The translations under genes were made by a program, and so were the position numbers. This document shows positions 16,473 through 34,272 of a stretch of 64,000 bases of DNA, piece after piece (position 1 is the stretch's first letter; each line of letters starts with the position of its first letter). The notes beneath the pieces were generated by a model that was not told the origin of the DNA, did no database searches, and saw nothing but the letters and a program-made list of their open reading frames with translations. The stretch comes from the human T2T-CHM13v2.0 reference genome, Homo sapiens. The stretch lies in assembly GCF_009914755.1 (NCBI RefSeq), contig NC_060930.1. One strand, given 5' to 3'.

Positions 16473-17682
16473 TGATAATAAAAGATTTGAAAAAAAAAGT
16501 TTTTAAGAGCTCTCTGGTCAGAAGTCAGATTAATTAAAAGCTGATGTTCAAGCTATGTATACATAAAGGCCTGCCTTTTCTCTTTTAGATCCTGTTTCTG
16601 GGAACTTTTTTCAGTTGACTGACACCCCTTTTTAAAGTATATTTAGTCCTTCTGTTTGCTTCCTTCCTTGATGGTATAACTTTTGCGGGGAAAAATGTAA
16701 TATTTTCATTGGCCTTTTGGAAAACTTTAAGTATCCTCAAATTGGCTTCTGTAGAAATTGTTCTTTCATTTCCTTCCACTTCTGCCTCTCCTTCCTTTTG
16801 CCATCATCTTCAGCACCACATGCAGTGTTCTAGAGAGGACTTCCAATGACTCTGCCACCCCCTGAGGAACACAGAAAAAGTCTCTTCTTGATCCTTTTAT
16901 GCACTATTCTGTCTTCCTTGGGGAGTGTATAAAGTCATAGGCAGGGTCCGTGTTCCTCCCAGGGCTAAAGCCCTGCTCTCCTTTGTACGGCATCACCAGG
17001 TCTCTTTGGCCTGGATACCAGAGAGTACTTTGTACTGTAAGGCCAAGAAGCACCTGGCCTTTGTATGTGTGATGGTTGGAAGGTCACTGTCAAGGGCTGC
17101 AGCCTTGGAGGTGGCTGACAGTGTTTGCAGTGAATGATTATTACTGCAGGAGTTATTCGTTTTTTTGTGCATTTATATAAGAAAGGTGTGGTTTGAAAGG
17201 CTATGGAGCACTCACCATGAAGGAATAAGACTCCCATAGGGGATGAGCTGACCACAGAGTGGGCTGATGGTCATTTGGTAGCCCTTGCAGCCAGGTGTAC
17301 TGTGGAAGCATTGTGCAACACAGTCCTGTGGCATTTCCCACTTGGGGTTGTGTCCGGAATTGGTGTGTTCTTGGTCTCACTGACTTCAAGAATGAAGCCA
17401 CGGACCCTCGCGGTGAGTGTTACAGTTCTTAAAGGCAGCCTGTCTGGAGTTCATTCCTTCTGATATTCAGATGTGTTCGGAGTCTTTTCCTTCTGGTGGG
17501 TTCGTGGTCTCATTGGCTTCAGTAGTGAAGCTGTAGACCTTTGCGCTGTTACAGCTCATAAAGGCAGTGTGTACCCAAAGAGTGAGCAGCAGCAAGATTT
17601 ATTGCAAAGAGCAAAAGAACAAACTTTCCACAGTATGAAAGGGGACCCAAGCGGGTTGCCACTGCTGGCTCCCGCAGCCTCC

Positions 17683-17935
17683 TTTTATTGTCTTATCTGG
17701 CCCCACCCACATCCTGCTGATTGGTCCATTTTACAGAGAGCCCAGTGGTCTGTTTTGACAGGGTGCTGATTGGTGCGTTTACAATCCCTGAGCTAGACAC
17801 AAAGGTTCTCCACGTCCCCACCAGAGTAGCTAAATACAGAGTGTCCATTGGTGCATTCACAAACCCTGAGCTAGACACAGGGTGCTGATTGGTGTGTTTA
17901 CAAACCTTGAGCTAGATACAGAGTGCCGATTGGTG
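17683..17935 (-). promoter_or_regulatory. LTR12C U3 promoter/enhancer: five CCAAT (NF-Y) boxes, GATA site and AATAAAA TATA-like box
   Basis: ATTGG at ~17720, 17769, 17846, 17888 and 17929; CTTATCT 17692-17698; TTTTATT 17683-17689. Confidence 0.7.
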
Positions 17936-18009
17936 TATTTACAATCCCTTAGCTAGACATAAAGGTTCTGCAAGTCCCCACCAGTCAGGAGCCCAACTGG
18001 CTTCACCCA

Positions 18010-18631
18010 GTGGATCCCCTACCGGGGCTGCAGGTGGAGCTGCCTGCCAGTCCCGTGCCGTGTGCCCGCACTCTTCAGCCCTTGGGTGGTCGATGGGACT
18101 GGGCGCCGTAGAGCAGGGGGTGGCGCTCGTCGGGGAGGCTCGGGCCGCACAGGAGTCCACGGAGGGGTTGGGAGACTCAGGCATGGCGGGCTGCAGTTAC
18201 TGAGCCCTGTCCCGCGGGGAGGCAGCTAAGGCCCGGCGAGAAATCGAGTGCAGCGCCAGTGGGCTGGCACTGCTGGGGGACCCAGCACACCCTCTGCAGC
18301 TGCTGGCCCAGGTGCTAAGCCCCTCATTGCCCGGGGCCTGCAGGGCCGGCCTGATGCTCCGAGTGCGGGGCCCGCCAAGCCCACGCCCACCCTGAACTCG
18401 CGCTGGCCCGCAAGCACCGCGTGCAGCCGGGTTCCGCTGGCGCCTCTCCCTCCACACCTCCCCGCAAGCTGAGGGAGCCGGCTCTGGCCTTGACCAGCCC
18501 AGAAAGGGGCTCCCACAGTGCAGTGGTGGGCTGAAGGGCTCCTCAAGTGCCGCCAAAGTGGGAGCCCAGGCAGAGGAGGCGCCGAGAGCGAGTGAGGGCT
18601 GTGAGGACTGCCAGTATGCTGTCACCTCTCA
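18010..18631. other. CpG-island-like GC-rich part of LTR12C
   Basis: Very GC-rich with many retained CpGs. Confidence 0.75.
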
Positions 18632-18853
18632 GGGGGACTCAAGATTCAGTGTAAAAGCAGGATCCTTGATATGTAAAGATCTAGAGGCTCTGCCTTTCAG
18701 CTGTGCCTGGTTTTCACATATTTAAATATTAGACCCTGAAAACTGCAAATGCTTTGTTGGATCTGTTAATGAGTTCAGTTGCCCAGTTGGAAAACAGAGA
18801 TTATACTTATTAAAATTAGTCTCATTATAAAATCCTGTGGGGGCCATGGCATG

Positions 18854-19390
18854 GCCAGGTGTGGTGGTTTACACCTGTAATTGCAGCACTTTGGAAGGCC
18901 AAGATGGGAGGATTGCTTGAGCCCAGCAATTTGAGACCAGCTCGGGCAATATAGCAGGGGCCCATCTCTATAAAAAGTATGTATATTTATATGTTATATT
19001 TACAATATAAAAAATATATATTTATATATTATATTTATAATACAAAAATATATTTAAATATATAAATATTTTTATATATTATATATCACATATAATATAT
19101 GCAATATCATATATGATATATAATATATATCACATATTATTTATATTATATTATAAATATATAAAATATTATAAATATATTAGAATATATTTTATATTTT
19201 ATATATAAATATATATATATTTTTAAATTAGCCAGGTTGATGACGTGTGCCTATAGTAGCAGCTACTCAGGAGGTTCAGGCAAAGGGATTGCTTGAACCC
19301 AGGTCGAGACTTCAGTGAGCCATGATTGCACCATTGCGCTCCAGCCTCAGCGACAGAGTGAGACCCTGCCTCCAAAAACAAAATGAAAAA
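18854..19390 (+). mobile_element. AluJ with an expanded AT-rich middle linker
   Basis: Left arm to ~18970, ~255 bp TA-rich tract, right arm from ttagccagg ~19228. Confidence 0.9.
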
Positions 19391-20833
19391 CATCCTGTGG
19401 TGGATTTCTATAACTTTTTGTTACCTTGAAATCCATTTTTAATCTTGCTCTAACACACTCAAACTCCTCCTTGAGAAAGCTAAAATTCTCTCTGTGCTTT
19501 GAGATGTAAATTTGCTACCCTGCTTTCTCTAAAACTCTGTAAGGTAAGGACTTCAACCATGTAGGACAGATACATTTTAAATTGTTCCATTTACAGAGAC
19601 ACAATTTAATACAACTGTCCTTTTAAACTAGTGAATTTTACCAGTCTCATGGCTAAAATTTTAAAAATAAAAGCATGTAGTCTTTATTTTTTTGTGTTCA
19701 TTTGTATTTTTATGTATGCGTGCATATGTCTGTGTTTGAACATTGTCTACATGGTACTGAATAGACTTATAAATAAAGGAGTACTCATAAATTAAGTAAA
19801 TAAGCCCAAATGCTTTTCAGGTCAATGGGACTTTAGTCATGTTGGGTAAATAAAGCTAGTTTTTAAAATCATTAGTAAAATAAAATTGAAATTTCTTCGG
19901 AATTTAATTTAGACAGTTTTACCTGGTTCTATTAGCAGACAGGTTTATATTGTCTCTGATAGATGTTTTCATGTCATAAAACTGTTGCCTTTGTGATATT
20001 TTTTGATACCTGCTTAATTTTTTCATGAGCCTGTGACCTGGGCTTTGAACCTTTTGATGCTGGCGTCTAGATAAGTGGCCATGGTGAGGCCTGGAGACCC
20101 CGTCCTCCCCAGCCCAGCCGTGTCTCTTGGCCTTGCTAGAAGGGATCAGATCCTCCAGGCACTGTTTTCACAGCTCCGTCCTTTGTCCAGGGCTCTGCAT
20201 CTGATACATAACAATTAAAATGGATTACTGCCTAGGTTTTTTACTGAAAATTAGAGTTACCAAGAGATAACATTATAATTAATATATGTAATTAAAACTA
20301 CTAGATACAAGACAGACACTTCTCATGCAAAATGCACAGGAAAAGTAGGAGGTGTTTTGGTAAGGAAGGCTATAAAGAAGGCATGAGAATGTAGTTTTTG
20401 TTAAAAGAAAAGCAATTTTGTCAGTGTAAGGGTAATTTAAGTGCTGTTTTAAATTGAAGGGGAAAAAAGAACGATAAAACTGAATAGACAGAGAAACTTG
20501 AAGAGCAAAAGAGAATGGAAAAAATTATCAAAGCTTCTAAAAGGCTTATGGAAATCTTATCTTGTGTGGTTAAGACTGAGATTGGATGAATCTGTTTATA
20601 AGGTTTTATTAAAATTAGCTTTAGTGTCAATACACTGATGCAAAGATAGAATTTGGTTTTGTGTTTGAACAAGATGTTCATATAGTATTAACAAAAAGTA
20701 GTAAAAGATTTTTGCTTACCTTTTGAGTAAATGACAAAAAAAAGAAGAGGGTTTGCCTCATGCTGTCTTTATTAGGTCTTTTGATTGTTTTAAAAATTGA
20801 GTTTCTCCTGTCTATCAAAGAGCTAAGTTTTTG

Positions 20834-21134
20834 TTTTTTAATTTTTTTTTTAGGTTCAGGGGTACATGTGCAGGTTTGTTATATAGCTAAATTGTGTGTT
20901 ACGTGTTGTGGGGGTTTGGTGTACAAATAATTTTATCACACAGGTGATAAGCACAATACCCAGTAGGTGGTTTTTCTGCCCTCACCCTCCACCCTCAAGC
21001 AGGCCCTGGTGTCTGTTATTCCTTTCTTTGTGTCCATACACACTCACTGTTTAGCTCCCACTTATAAATGAGAACATGCAGTGTCTAGTTTTCTGTCCCT
21101 GTGTTAGTTTGCTTAGGATAATGGCCTCCAGCTC
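20834..21134 (-). mobile_element. L1PA (old primate) 3' fragment
   Basis: ggtacatgtgcaggtttgttatatag...ttagctcccacttataaatgagaacatg; TSD aagtttttg. Confidence 0.85.
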
Positions 21135-21819
21135 AAGTTTTTGCTTTTTGAAATAGTTTAAATATAACTAAAAGAACCTGGAAGTCCAACAGAGACATAT
21201 TAGACTTATTTGATACGTTAAAATCCTACGGGAAGGATTGTCAAACAAGAATGGTCTTTAACTTTCTTTGAGTTATATTTGTATAAGCGTATTATTAATA
21301 GGTGTCTCAAAATCGTACGAGATTCCTAAAATTCTGATGTCTTTGTCTATGTTATCAATCATGTTTATTATGTTAAACTGTTGTATGCCACAGAAATAAC
21401 CAAATTTTCTTGTCAATTGTGTCTTTAACCATAGCCATTCTAATTCTTTTGTCATCCACAGACAATGATTTACTTTAATTCTTTTCAAAAAGTAGTTTAC
21501 AATGTGCTACAGTACAAAATTTGCTTCTTCTTGAAGGAAATGCATGGAAAGGACCCTGACAAGTACTCTTAAATGCAGGTTACTAATAAATTTGGAGATA
21601 AAACCACTGGATTAGGTAAAACTTTCCTAGACTGTAATTAAAAAGTTGATGCATTCATGAGGATTGCTAACCCAACATCAAGTAGAACAAAAGTTAATTA
21701 CATGGAACTGAACTGATAGAGTACCAAAATGCTTTTTTATGACTTTTTGTTTGAAATAGTGCTGATTCTCTTTATGTTTTGTTTTCCAGAGTCAAGAAAA
21801 CTTTTTTTTTTTCTTTTGA

Positions 21820-22343
<524 letters not shown>

Positions 22344-22821
22344 GCATATTTTTAAATATAACCAAACTGCTGTGAGGAATTGAAGTTGACTTCGTAGAGC
22401 TGATAAAAAGCCCCTTGGAAAGACCAGCCTTGTCTATGTGGTTTCCTTACATGATTTCTGACCTGTGGTAAGTAAAGAATGTCACTTTCTGACAGACCCA
22501 GGAACCTCAAGAAATATCGGGAACCTCAAGAAGAGAGGAATTCACTGACTCATTCAGGTATTACACAGCCCGATGAAGAAATTTTGACTTGGCTTTCTAG
22601 CCTCAAGAGGCTTTTGAAAGTCTAACTGGAGATTCCTTATGAAAATATTTCAGCAAAGCCAATTTAAAAGGAGCCTATGTGGCCAATTACTATTTGTGCT
22701 GCACTTTATGCAAATAAACAGGCCAAGTACAATAATACTAAAACTTATTTTGCAAATAAATTGGTCATAATATTCTTGGTATAAAGGTGGGACTGGAGAG
22801 AGACAAATTATGATTCAGAAG

Positions 22822-23255
22822 TGTTAAAGCAAACTAAATATGGCCTGAGAAGGACTCTGTACTTCTATATTTGAGTCCTTGTGGATGAACTGCAACTTAA
22901 CTTCATAGGTAGACAAGACTGAAAACCTGTCCTAGGAGTCTGTGCCTGTAATAATCGCTGAGTCTTGGACAATCCCAGCAGCCATATTTCAACTAGTCAT
23001 ACACTGCTGAGTGTTCAAACTGTGTTCAAATGAGGCAAACACTGAGCTGTAACCAATTCAGCTGTTCCTATATCTCACTTCTGAATTCTGTATGTCACTT
23101 TACTTTTTTTGTCTGTAAATTTGTTCTGACCATGAGGCACCCCTTGAAATCTCTCTGAATGTGCTGTGATTCTGGGAGCTGCCCAGTTCTCAAATTGTTC
23201 ATCGTTCGATTAAAACTCCTTTGAATTTAACTCAGCTGAAGTTTTTCTTTTAACA
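22822..23255 (+). mobile_element. MER57A1-like ERV1 solo LTR nested in the provirus
   Basis: TGTTAAAGCAAACTAAATATGGCCTGAG...GTTTTTCTTTTAACA; exact 4-bp TSD GAAG. Confidence 0.88.
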
Positions 23256-23843
23256 GAAGAAAGCTATAGTATACCTGTTATTAGATTATAGCCTTGTCCA
23301 TTGTTTTTGAGTTTTTATTTTTAACCTACAATTTGGACTAAATCCTGAATCCTTTCCTGGCTATAAGCCTCCAAACTAACATTTTCAAAGTTTTCTCCAT
23401 TTTTTCTGACTTGGAATCACTAGAAAATAAAACTATGCTTTTCTTAAAGCCCTGCAAACTGAAGTTAGACAACTTAATATAAACTTCGGGAGAAATTCCT
23501 ACAGTCACTCATCTATAAACAGCCTTTGTTCCTGTGGATGCAGGGACTACTCAGAGAGTCAACTAGAACACACGATTCAAACTGCAATCCAGAAAAATCT
23601 GTCAGATTGCCACTGAAATCTGAATATGCTTCAGGTTCTAAGAAAACTGGTCTACTAGACTATCCCAGACATAAACCTTTGTTTTCCTTCTGTTTCCATA
23701 GAAGTGCCTCTTACTAGAGACCTGTTTACCTGCATCCTATGTAGAGGCCTAGCTCTGAGAGCTCGCCTGCAAGGCCGCCTCCTGAAATGAGACACAGCTA
23801 TTTAACTGAATTGATCTATTCTCAGGACTAAGAGAATGGTTCA

Positions 23844-24136
<293 letters not shown>

Positions 24137-24303
24137 GAGAATGGTTCAAGAAGGTATGGGATGGTATAAAGTTGTTCCTTTCTGCGTATCCCAATGTGTT
24201 CTTCCCTTCCTTTGCCTATCTCTTATCTAACAACCTGTAACCCAAAGCTATCAACTTGGCTTTGATGTGAAACTTTCTGAAAGTACAGTTTCAAAATGGG
24301 GAC

Positions 24304-25023
<720 letters not shown>

Positions 25024-25613
25024 ATTAGGACCCACCCTGATGACATCATTGAATCTTAATTACTTTTTTAAAGACCCTATCTTCAAATATGACAATAGTG
25101 ACATTCTGAGATACAGGGGCTTAAGATGTCAACATATACATTTGGGGGCGGGGACATAACTTAGCCCATAACACACCCTGAATCACATTAGATCATGAAG
25201 TGGTACCCACTGGTCAAAGCCACTCACGCAGCCCCACCTGGATGCAAGGGCCGCTGGGCGGGTAGGTGCCCCATGGCTGGTAGCAGCTTCCAGCAAACAC
25301 TCTCCACTGTGCAGCCAGCCAGCTCTGTCCTAGCAGGAATGCGTTCCCTTGGGCCTCTTCCTCCTGTCTCAGCTGTCACATGCAGATTGTCCACAGCAGG
25401 GACTTGAAAGCCCTAGAGGATATGCACAGAATTGCTAAATAAAATAAGTCAGCACGCTGCACACATTTCTTTACTTACATTGTGTGATGAAGACCAGACA
25501 CAAGTTTCCAGTTTCTTCCATTGCATGCTTGATGCGGAATCGTCTCTTTTAAAGTTTCAATTATGCACGGAGGTAGCAATTACCATCCTGGGTGTCATCA
25601 TCAAAAAGAAGAG

Positions 25614-25908
<295 letters not shown>

Positions 25909-26414
25909 GAGTAAACAGTGCGCCTGAAAGAAACTTAGGAGAGTTCGAGATGCTGACAAAGACCATCCATCCACTAACCCCACACAATAAGCAGGGGAGG
26001 AAGCTTCCAAATGGCTGCCATAATCCCAACCCTTATATTCCAGCCCACAAAAATGTCATCCTTCCCAGAACTCCGACTTTCCAGATGTCCATGAAACTCT
26101 AGCTGATGTCAGGATCAGCTATGGAATCCCATGATGAGCCACAGCTTAAATGTCAGCCACACAGGCTCAGATAGGCACACGCTTCCATTCTAGCTAATGG
26201 TTAATAAATGGAGGACAAGTCTTGACATATTCACTAGTGCAAGTTGAAGTGGCTGGCGCCAACATTCTATTTACCCTGAAGCTTAGTTTACTAGATGCCA
26301 CTGCCTGTTCTGTGAACCTCATGGTCACACGTGAATTGTAACACAGAACAGTCTCAGCAGGAAAAGAGTTTCAATTTAAAAATATGATCCTCTGTCAACA
26401 TGGGGCACTCCCTA

Positions 26415-27334
<920 letters not shown>

Positions 27335-27849
27335 AGGGTGAGTGGAACTTTTCCATGTGCCTCACGTGGCTTCTGTCCATTTCAGAGGACAAAGGTATAT
27401 TAAAACAAAACTAAGGCACTGTTTTAAAAAACCTGAAAAATGTCTGTCCACGCCTTCCCCTTGCTTATAAACAGATTAAAAACAAATATCTATACACATG
27501 GAGATTTTGTTTCTTTTTATGGAACTAGACTCATTGTATGCACATGTCAATGATAAAAACAAACTGGACGATATGTAAAGAGGCTTATTCTGAGCTAATA
27601 TGAGTGACCAAGGGCTGAGTACAGTCTCAAGAGAGCCTGAGAACATGTGCCAAGGTGGTCAGGTTACAGCTGGGCGTTATACATTTTAGGGAGACAGAAG
27701 TTATAGGCAAAGACATAAATCAATACATGTAAGGTGTACCTTGGTTTGGCCAGCAAAGGTGAAATGTCCTCCAGTGGAGTGGGGAGGTGGTGTTACAGGT
27801 CATAGGTGGATTCAAAGATTTTCTGATTGGTAATTGGTTGAAAGAGTTA

Positions 27850-28197
<348 letters not shown>

Positions 28198-28320
28198 ATA
28201 AGGAGGATTGTGGAAGCCAAGGTTCTTGCTATGTAAATGAAGGCTCCAGGTAGCAGCCTTAGAGAGAATATAGTATGTTTCTTTTCAGACCTTAAAGCTC
28301 AGACTCAATTAATCTCTTAG

Positions 28321-28736
<416 letters not shown>

Positions 28737-29159
28737 TAAAATATTTTGATTGTCTTCAGGGTCTGCCATCTGTCACATGATACCATACCAGAGTCAGGTT
28801 GGAATTCGGTAGCTTATTGCCAAAAGCTCTGTTCTGTCAGCTTTAGGATCTCTATTTTAATCCTATTTTTTAATCCTATTTTAATGCTGGTCAGTTCTGC
28901 CTAAACTGCAAAACGGAGGGGTGTCCGACCTTCCTTCCCATCATGGCCTATATTTCACTTTTTCACGTTTCTATGGGGTCCTCTTGGCCAAGGGTTGGGG
29001 GGGGGAGTCTGTCCAGTTGGTTGGGGGTCTTAGGATTTTATTTTTGGCTTACACATATTAATTGGCAACACGCCTTTTCGACCTAACATATTTCACTTAA
29101 TGCACCTCCTACCAATGGCGAGACTGGGCTCCTTTATCTGACTTCTTCTTGCAGATAGA

Positions 29160-30147
<988 letters not shown>

Positions 30148-32167
30148 GACAGGTGAAAGTTTATAGAAATGGAGTCACATCGTATAAATCAAGCTTTGCA
30201 GCTGACATGGCCTTCTTTTCCTTGCTGGCTTGCCCCCACCTGTTTCTTCTCTATGTCACCTCCCCCTGTCTCCACCACAGGTAACACCTGGCATGGGTCC
30301 TTCAGGGTTTCACCCACGCCCCTGTAACTATCGGGATCTATGAACTGTACAACGTATAGGCATACCAAAGCTTTTCTGTGTTTCTTTTATAAATTTTGGG
30401 TCCCAGTATTCACACTTCCCCACGCCTTCCTTTCTACACTCATAGACTCCTCGTGGAAATCCCACCAGGTGAGTTGGCAGGGCAGCTGTCACTCATTCCT
30501 TTTAGTGGCTGCATAAAACTCCATAGAGTAGACCTATCCCCATTTATTCAACCATCCTCAGCCAATGGACATTTACTTTGCTTACATCTTTTCCACAGAG
30601 ACCAATAGAACAATGCTACTAAATATTCTTTAGGAAGTTAATTCTTGGAAATTTTATAACATATGCAAATACACATTCATTGGAACAAATAAAGTGGAGA
30701 TTTCACCACGCTAGGTGGACATTTTTCTTATTTCAGAGCTGTGGCATATCCCCCCAAGGATTCCCTCAGGTACTGTAAGAGCTGGGCCCCAGCATGACAC
30801 TCCACCCAACCGTCCGTGTCACACCCCGAAGCCTCACGTCCTTCCTGTCTCTCTCTTTTAAACATCTCCTGGTTTGCCGAGCTCTAAGCTTCCTCCTTTA
30901 CTCCTCTGATCCCAAGGATTTGCTTTATGAATTCTAAAAAAAGTATTTATTTCCAAAAAGCATCTGGAGCAGTTATTTTGGAAAGCAATTGTGGAACTCT
31001 GGGAAAGTGTGTGTTTTTTACAAACCAGACCCTTGAGGAAGGGGTAGGGGCTTTGTCAGAATCCTTGAGGGATGAGGGGGCAAAGACAGCATGTACTGAT
31101 CGTGAAATCACTCTTGTTTGAAACTGACTATCCAAGAACAACTAAAGAAAGTCACAATTAAAGTTCTGCTCCTTGGTTCCTCTGTCTCCTGGCCATCCCA
31201 GAAAAGGGAACTGGCTTCAGGAGAGCCCTTCTTTCCCCTGGGGGCTGTACTTACCTTAATGCACAGGCCTTCCCCGCCCATCTGTAATGAGCTTCAGCTG
31301 GAAATCACCACGAGAAACCACAGATCACTTCACAGAGGGGTTTTTCTATGTGATTCTATTCCTGGAACTATTAACACCTTTCACTTGGCTATGGGCCCTT
31401 CTCTTCTGAATCCACCTTAAACATTGCTGATGAGACAGCTCCTTTCTGATTCCACTGAAACCAGCAAATGTACCCCTCGTAAGTCTTCATTGGTTCCTAT
31501 TTGCTGAGTGAAATTCCTACTGACACCAACATACTCTATCTCATCTCCAAAATTAGTTGTTTTCTAAGTGGAAACAATCAAAATGAGCATCAAGATGAAA
31601 GGCATAACTACAGAAGTAAATGGCAGCTGCGGAGGCTTTATAAAGAGGTGCAAGAGCCTTGTGTGATTGCTGTGGGGGGAAAGGGAGAGAGACTACCGTG
31701 TTATTTCTATGCATGGCTGCCCTAAATGTGGGAAGAAACTTTGAAATGTTTGAAAAACAGAAAAAAGTTATGTGGAGTGGGCAAGGGACAGAATAATACA
31801 ATATGAGCTGAAGATGGCAAGCAGGTCAGTCTCCTTTCTGATTATCGCAAAATCAACCAATTAGTGGCCCAAACACAGGAATGAGAGTCCAGCAGGTCCA
31901 CGGCCCCACTCATACCCCAGGGAGGAGCCATCAGGGTGAGTGCTCAGGGCCCCAGCTCTCAGATCTCACAGGCCCTCTTAGAACTCTGCCCAGGACAAGG
32001 AAGGATTGACAACTTTGGAAAATGCTGACCTAATGCACCGACGATACCTAATAACACTCTACTGTTCCTTAAGCATCTCCTCTGTGTCCAGTACCTTACC
32101 AGGCACCTAACATGGCCTAGAGATGATCCGTTGCACAACCCCATGAGGTAGGTCCTGTGACTCGACC

Positions 32168-32702
32168 TGTAACCAAGTAGCTTAGCTCCAAAACGCATTT
32201 TAAAACATCCTTTTCTTCTCTCTAGTTTTAGCCTTGAAATATACTTTGAAACTCTTTGTTTCCCTAACTTCCCACTGGACCCTCCTTGCACTGTGATAGT
32301 TAACCTAATTATGTGCTTGCTTAGAAATTCCAGGGCCTAATCTTGAAATGAACCAGGCATGGAGACCCAGCTGCAGAACCCTCCCATCTAGAGGTGACCT
32401 CATGGTGGTTAGTCTACAACTCAGCCACTGTCGAGATGGCTCCAGCCCACACTCCAGGTGGACCACAACTCAAGATAGCCATCGAAACAAGACACATAGA
32501 TCCCATATCCAGCGCCATTCCCACAGGCTTCTCATACCAAGTTTCCCTTCTTAAACCCTTTACTGAGCCAAAACAATATGAAATGCTCTTTCAGAGGCAC
32601 GGGCCTGGCCTTTTCTTGACTGCTAGCACCCAAATAAAGTTGCTTTTTTTAAACTGCACCTTGCTTCTTGTGTGGCGAGCAGGCGAACTTGAATTGGTCA
32701 CA
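32168..32702 (+). mobile_element. ERV solo LTR inserted into a MIR
   Basis: tgtaaccaag start, aataaa near the end, ...ggtcaca end; MIR resumes atcccagtttaca. Confidence 0.6.
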
Positions 32703-33584
32703 ATCCCAGTTTACAACATTGAGATTCAGAGGAGCTAATGACTCCCCAAGGTCAGGCTGCTATGGCAGCACCAGGGCTCAAGTTCAGAACCATCATCCAC
32801 CAAAGATCAGGCGTTACCTGAGTCTAGAGGGTTGTGACAGGATTAGAGGAAGAAATTACATGTCAGGCTCTCTAGAGAATACCCTCATTCCCTGCAGATA
32901 ACACTCCACATCCTCCAAGCTCAAACCTCAACTCGGCATGGCCCCTTGCCCTTCAGGACTGTGCCTCTCAGCACTTCCTCTCCTGACACACCTTTGGGGT
33001 TCACCTCTCCCCTGGCGCAGGCCCTCCCTCTCACACGTGGGCCACTGTATCAGCCCTAAGTGGGTCTCCCTGGCCGCCAGGTCCTTCTGAAACCCAACTG
33101 GGCAAGAGTCTTCTCTGAACACCATGTGCCCCCCTTTTCCCTTTGCCCCTCCCCAGACCAGTGCCGCTTCTTCCTGCCGGCTCCTTGGGGCTGTGTTTAT
33201 GCCTCAGTCACCCCACAGCCTCTGGCCAGCTACTGTTCAGAACCTGAATAGACGAACTATCAGCTGGCCAGACCAACAGAGTGGAGCTGAGTCGCTCTGA
33301 AGGCACTAGAGGTGTGTCTGTGTGGGCTGGCTGAAGCCCCCAGGGCAGACAGGACTCCTGATCTGGGACCCCCACACCTTGTCTTCCCTTTTGTGCCTCC
33401 ATCCTGGGGTCACAGCAAGGATGCCTCCTGCCCTCTGTGCCTCTCTGTCACAGAGCCCCTCCATTTGAACCAGCTGAGGGGGGAGTTTGCTTTTTGTGAC
33501 CTAAATACCTTAAGACACACATGCCAGGCCTCCTGACATGAGACCTTGTTCTTAATTGCTACTTCAAAACTAAACCTCATTCGC

Positions 33585-33775
33585 CAGGGGCTGGGAGGAG
33601 TGGGGTATGGGGAGTTGGTGTTTAATGGGTTCAGAGCTTCAGTTAGGGAAGATGGGAAAAGTCCTGGAAATGGGTGGTGGTGACGGCTGCACAACAGTGT
33701 GAATGTGCTTAGTGCCACCAAACTGTACACCTTAAATGGTTGAAATGATGGATTGTGTGTATTATATATAACACA
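33585..33775 (+). mobile_element. L1MB 3' end
   Basis: gccaggggctgggagg...tttaatgggttcagag...ctgtacacctt. Confidence 0.8.
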
Positions 33776-33779
33776 ACTG

Positions 33780-33922
33780 TAGATAGATACACAGATGGAT
33801 AGATGGGTGAAGACAGATGATAGATAGATAGACAGATAGAAGTATATGATAGATGATAGATAGATAATAGATATATGGATAGATGGATGGACAGATGGGT
33901 GAAGATAGAAAGAAAGATAGAT

Positions 33923-33964
<42 letters not shown>

Positions 33965-34272
33965 AGTAGATGATAGATGATAGATAATAGATAGATGATA
34001 GATACATGGATGGATGGATAGATGGGTGAAGATAGATGATAGATAGATGATAGAAAATAGAAAATAGATTGATAGATGAAGATAGATAATAAATGATAGA
34101 TAATAGATATATAGACAATAGATACATAGGTAGATGCATAGATACATAGATAGCTGATAGATAATAGATGAATAGGTGACTAGATACATACACACACAGA
34201 TAGATGATAGATAATGGATAGATAGATAGATAGATACACACATACATACATAAACAGATGATAGATAGATAG
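33780..34272 (+). repeat. Complex (GATA)n/(GATG)n repeat
   Basis: ~490 bp TAGA-rich tract with a pure (GATA)~10 run near 33923-33963. Confidence 0.97.

Larger units (their letters stand above)
17349..18631 (-). mobile_element. LTR12C (ERV9) solo LTR
   Basis: Minus strand starts TGAGAGGTGACAGC and ends CCAATTCCGGACACA; CCAAT-containing tandem repeats; TSD-like gggt/gggg. Confidence 0.95.

Noticed and set aside
17275-18625. Overlapping GC-rich ORFs of 61-142 aa
   Set aside because: Inside LTR12C, where high GC suppresses stop codons
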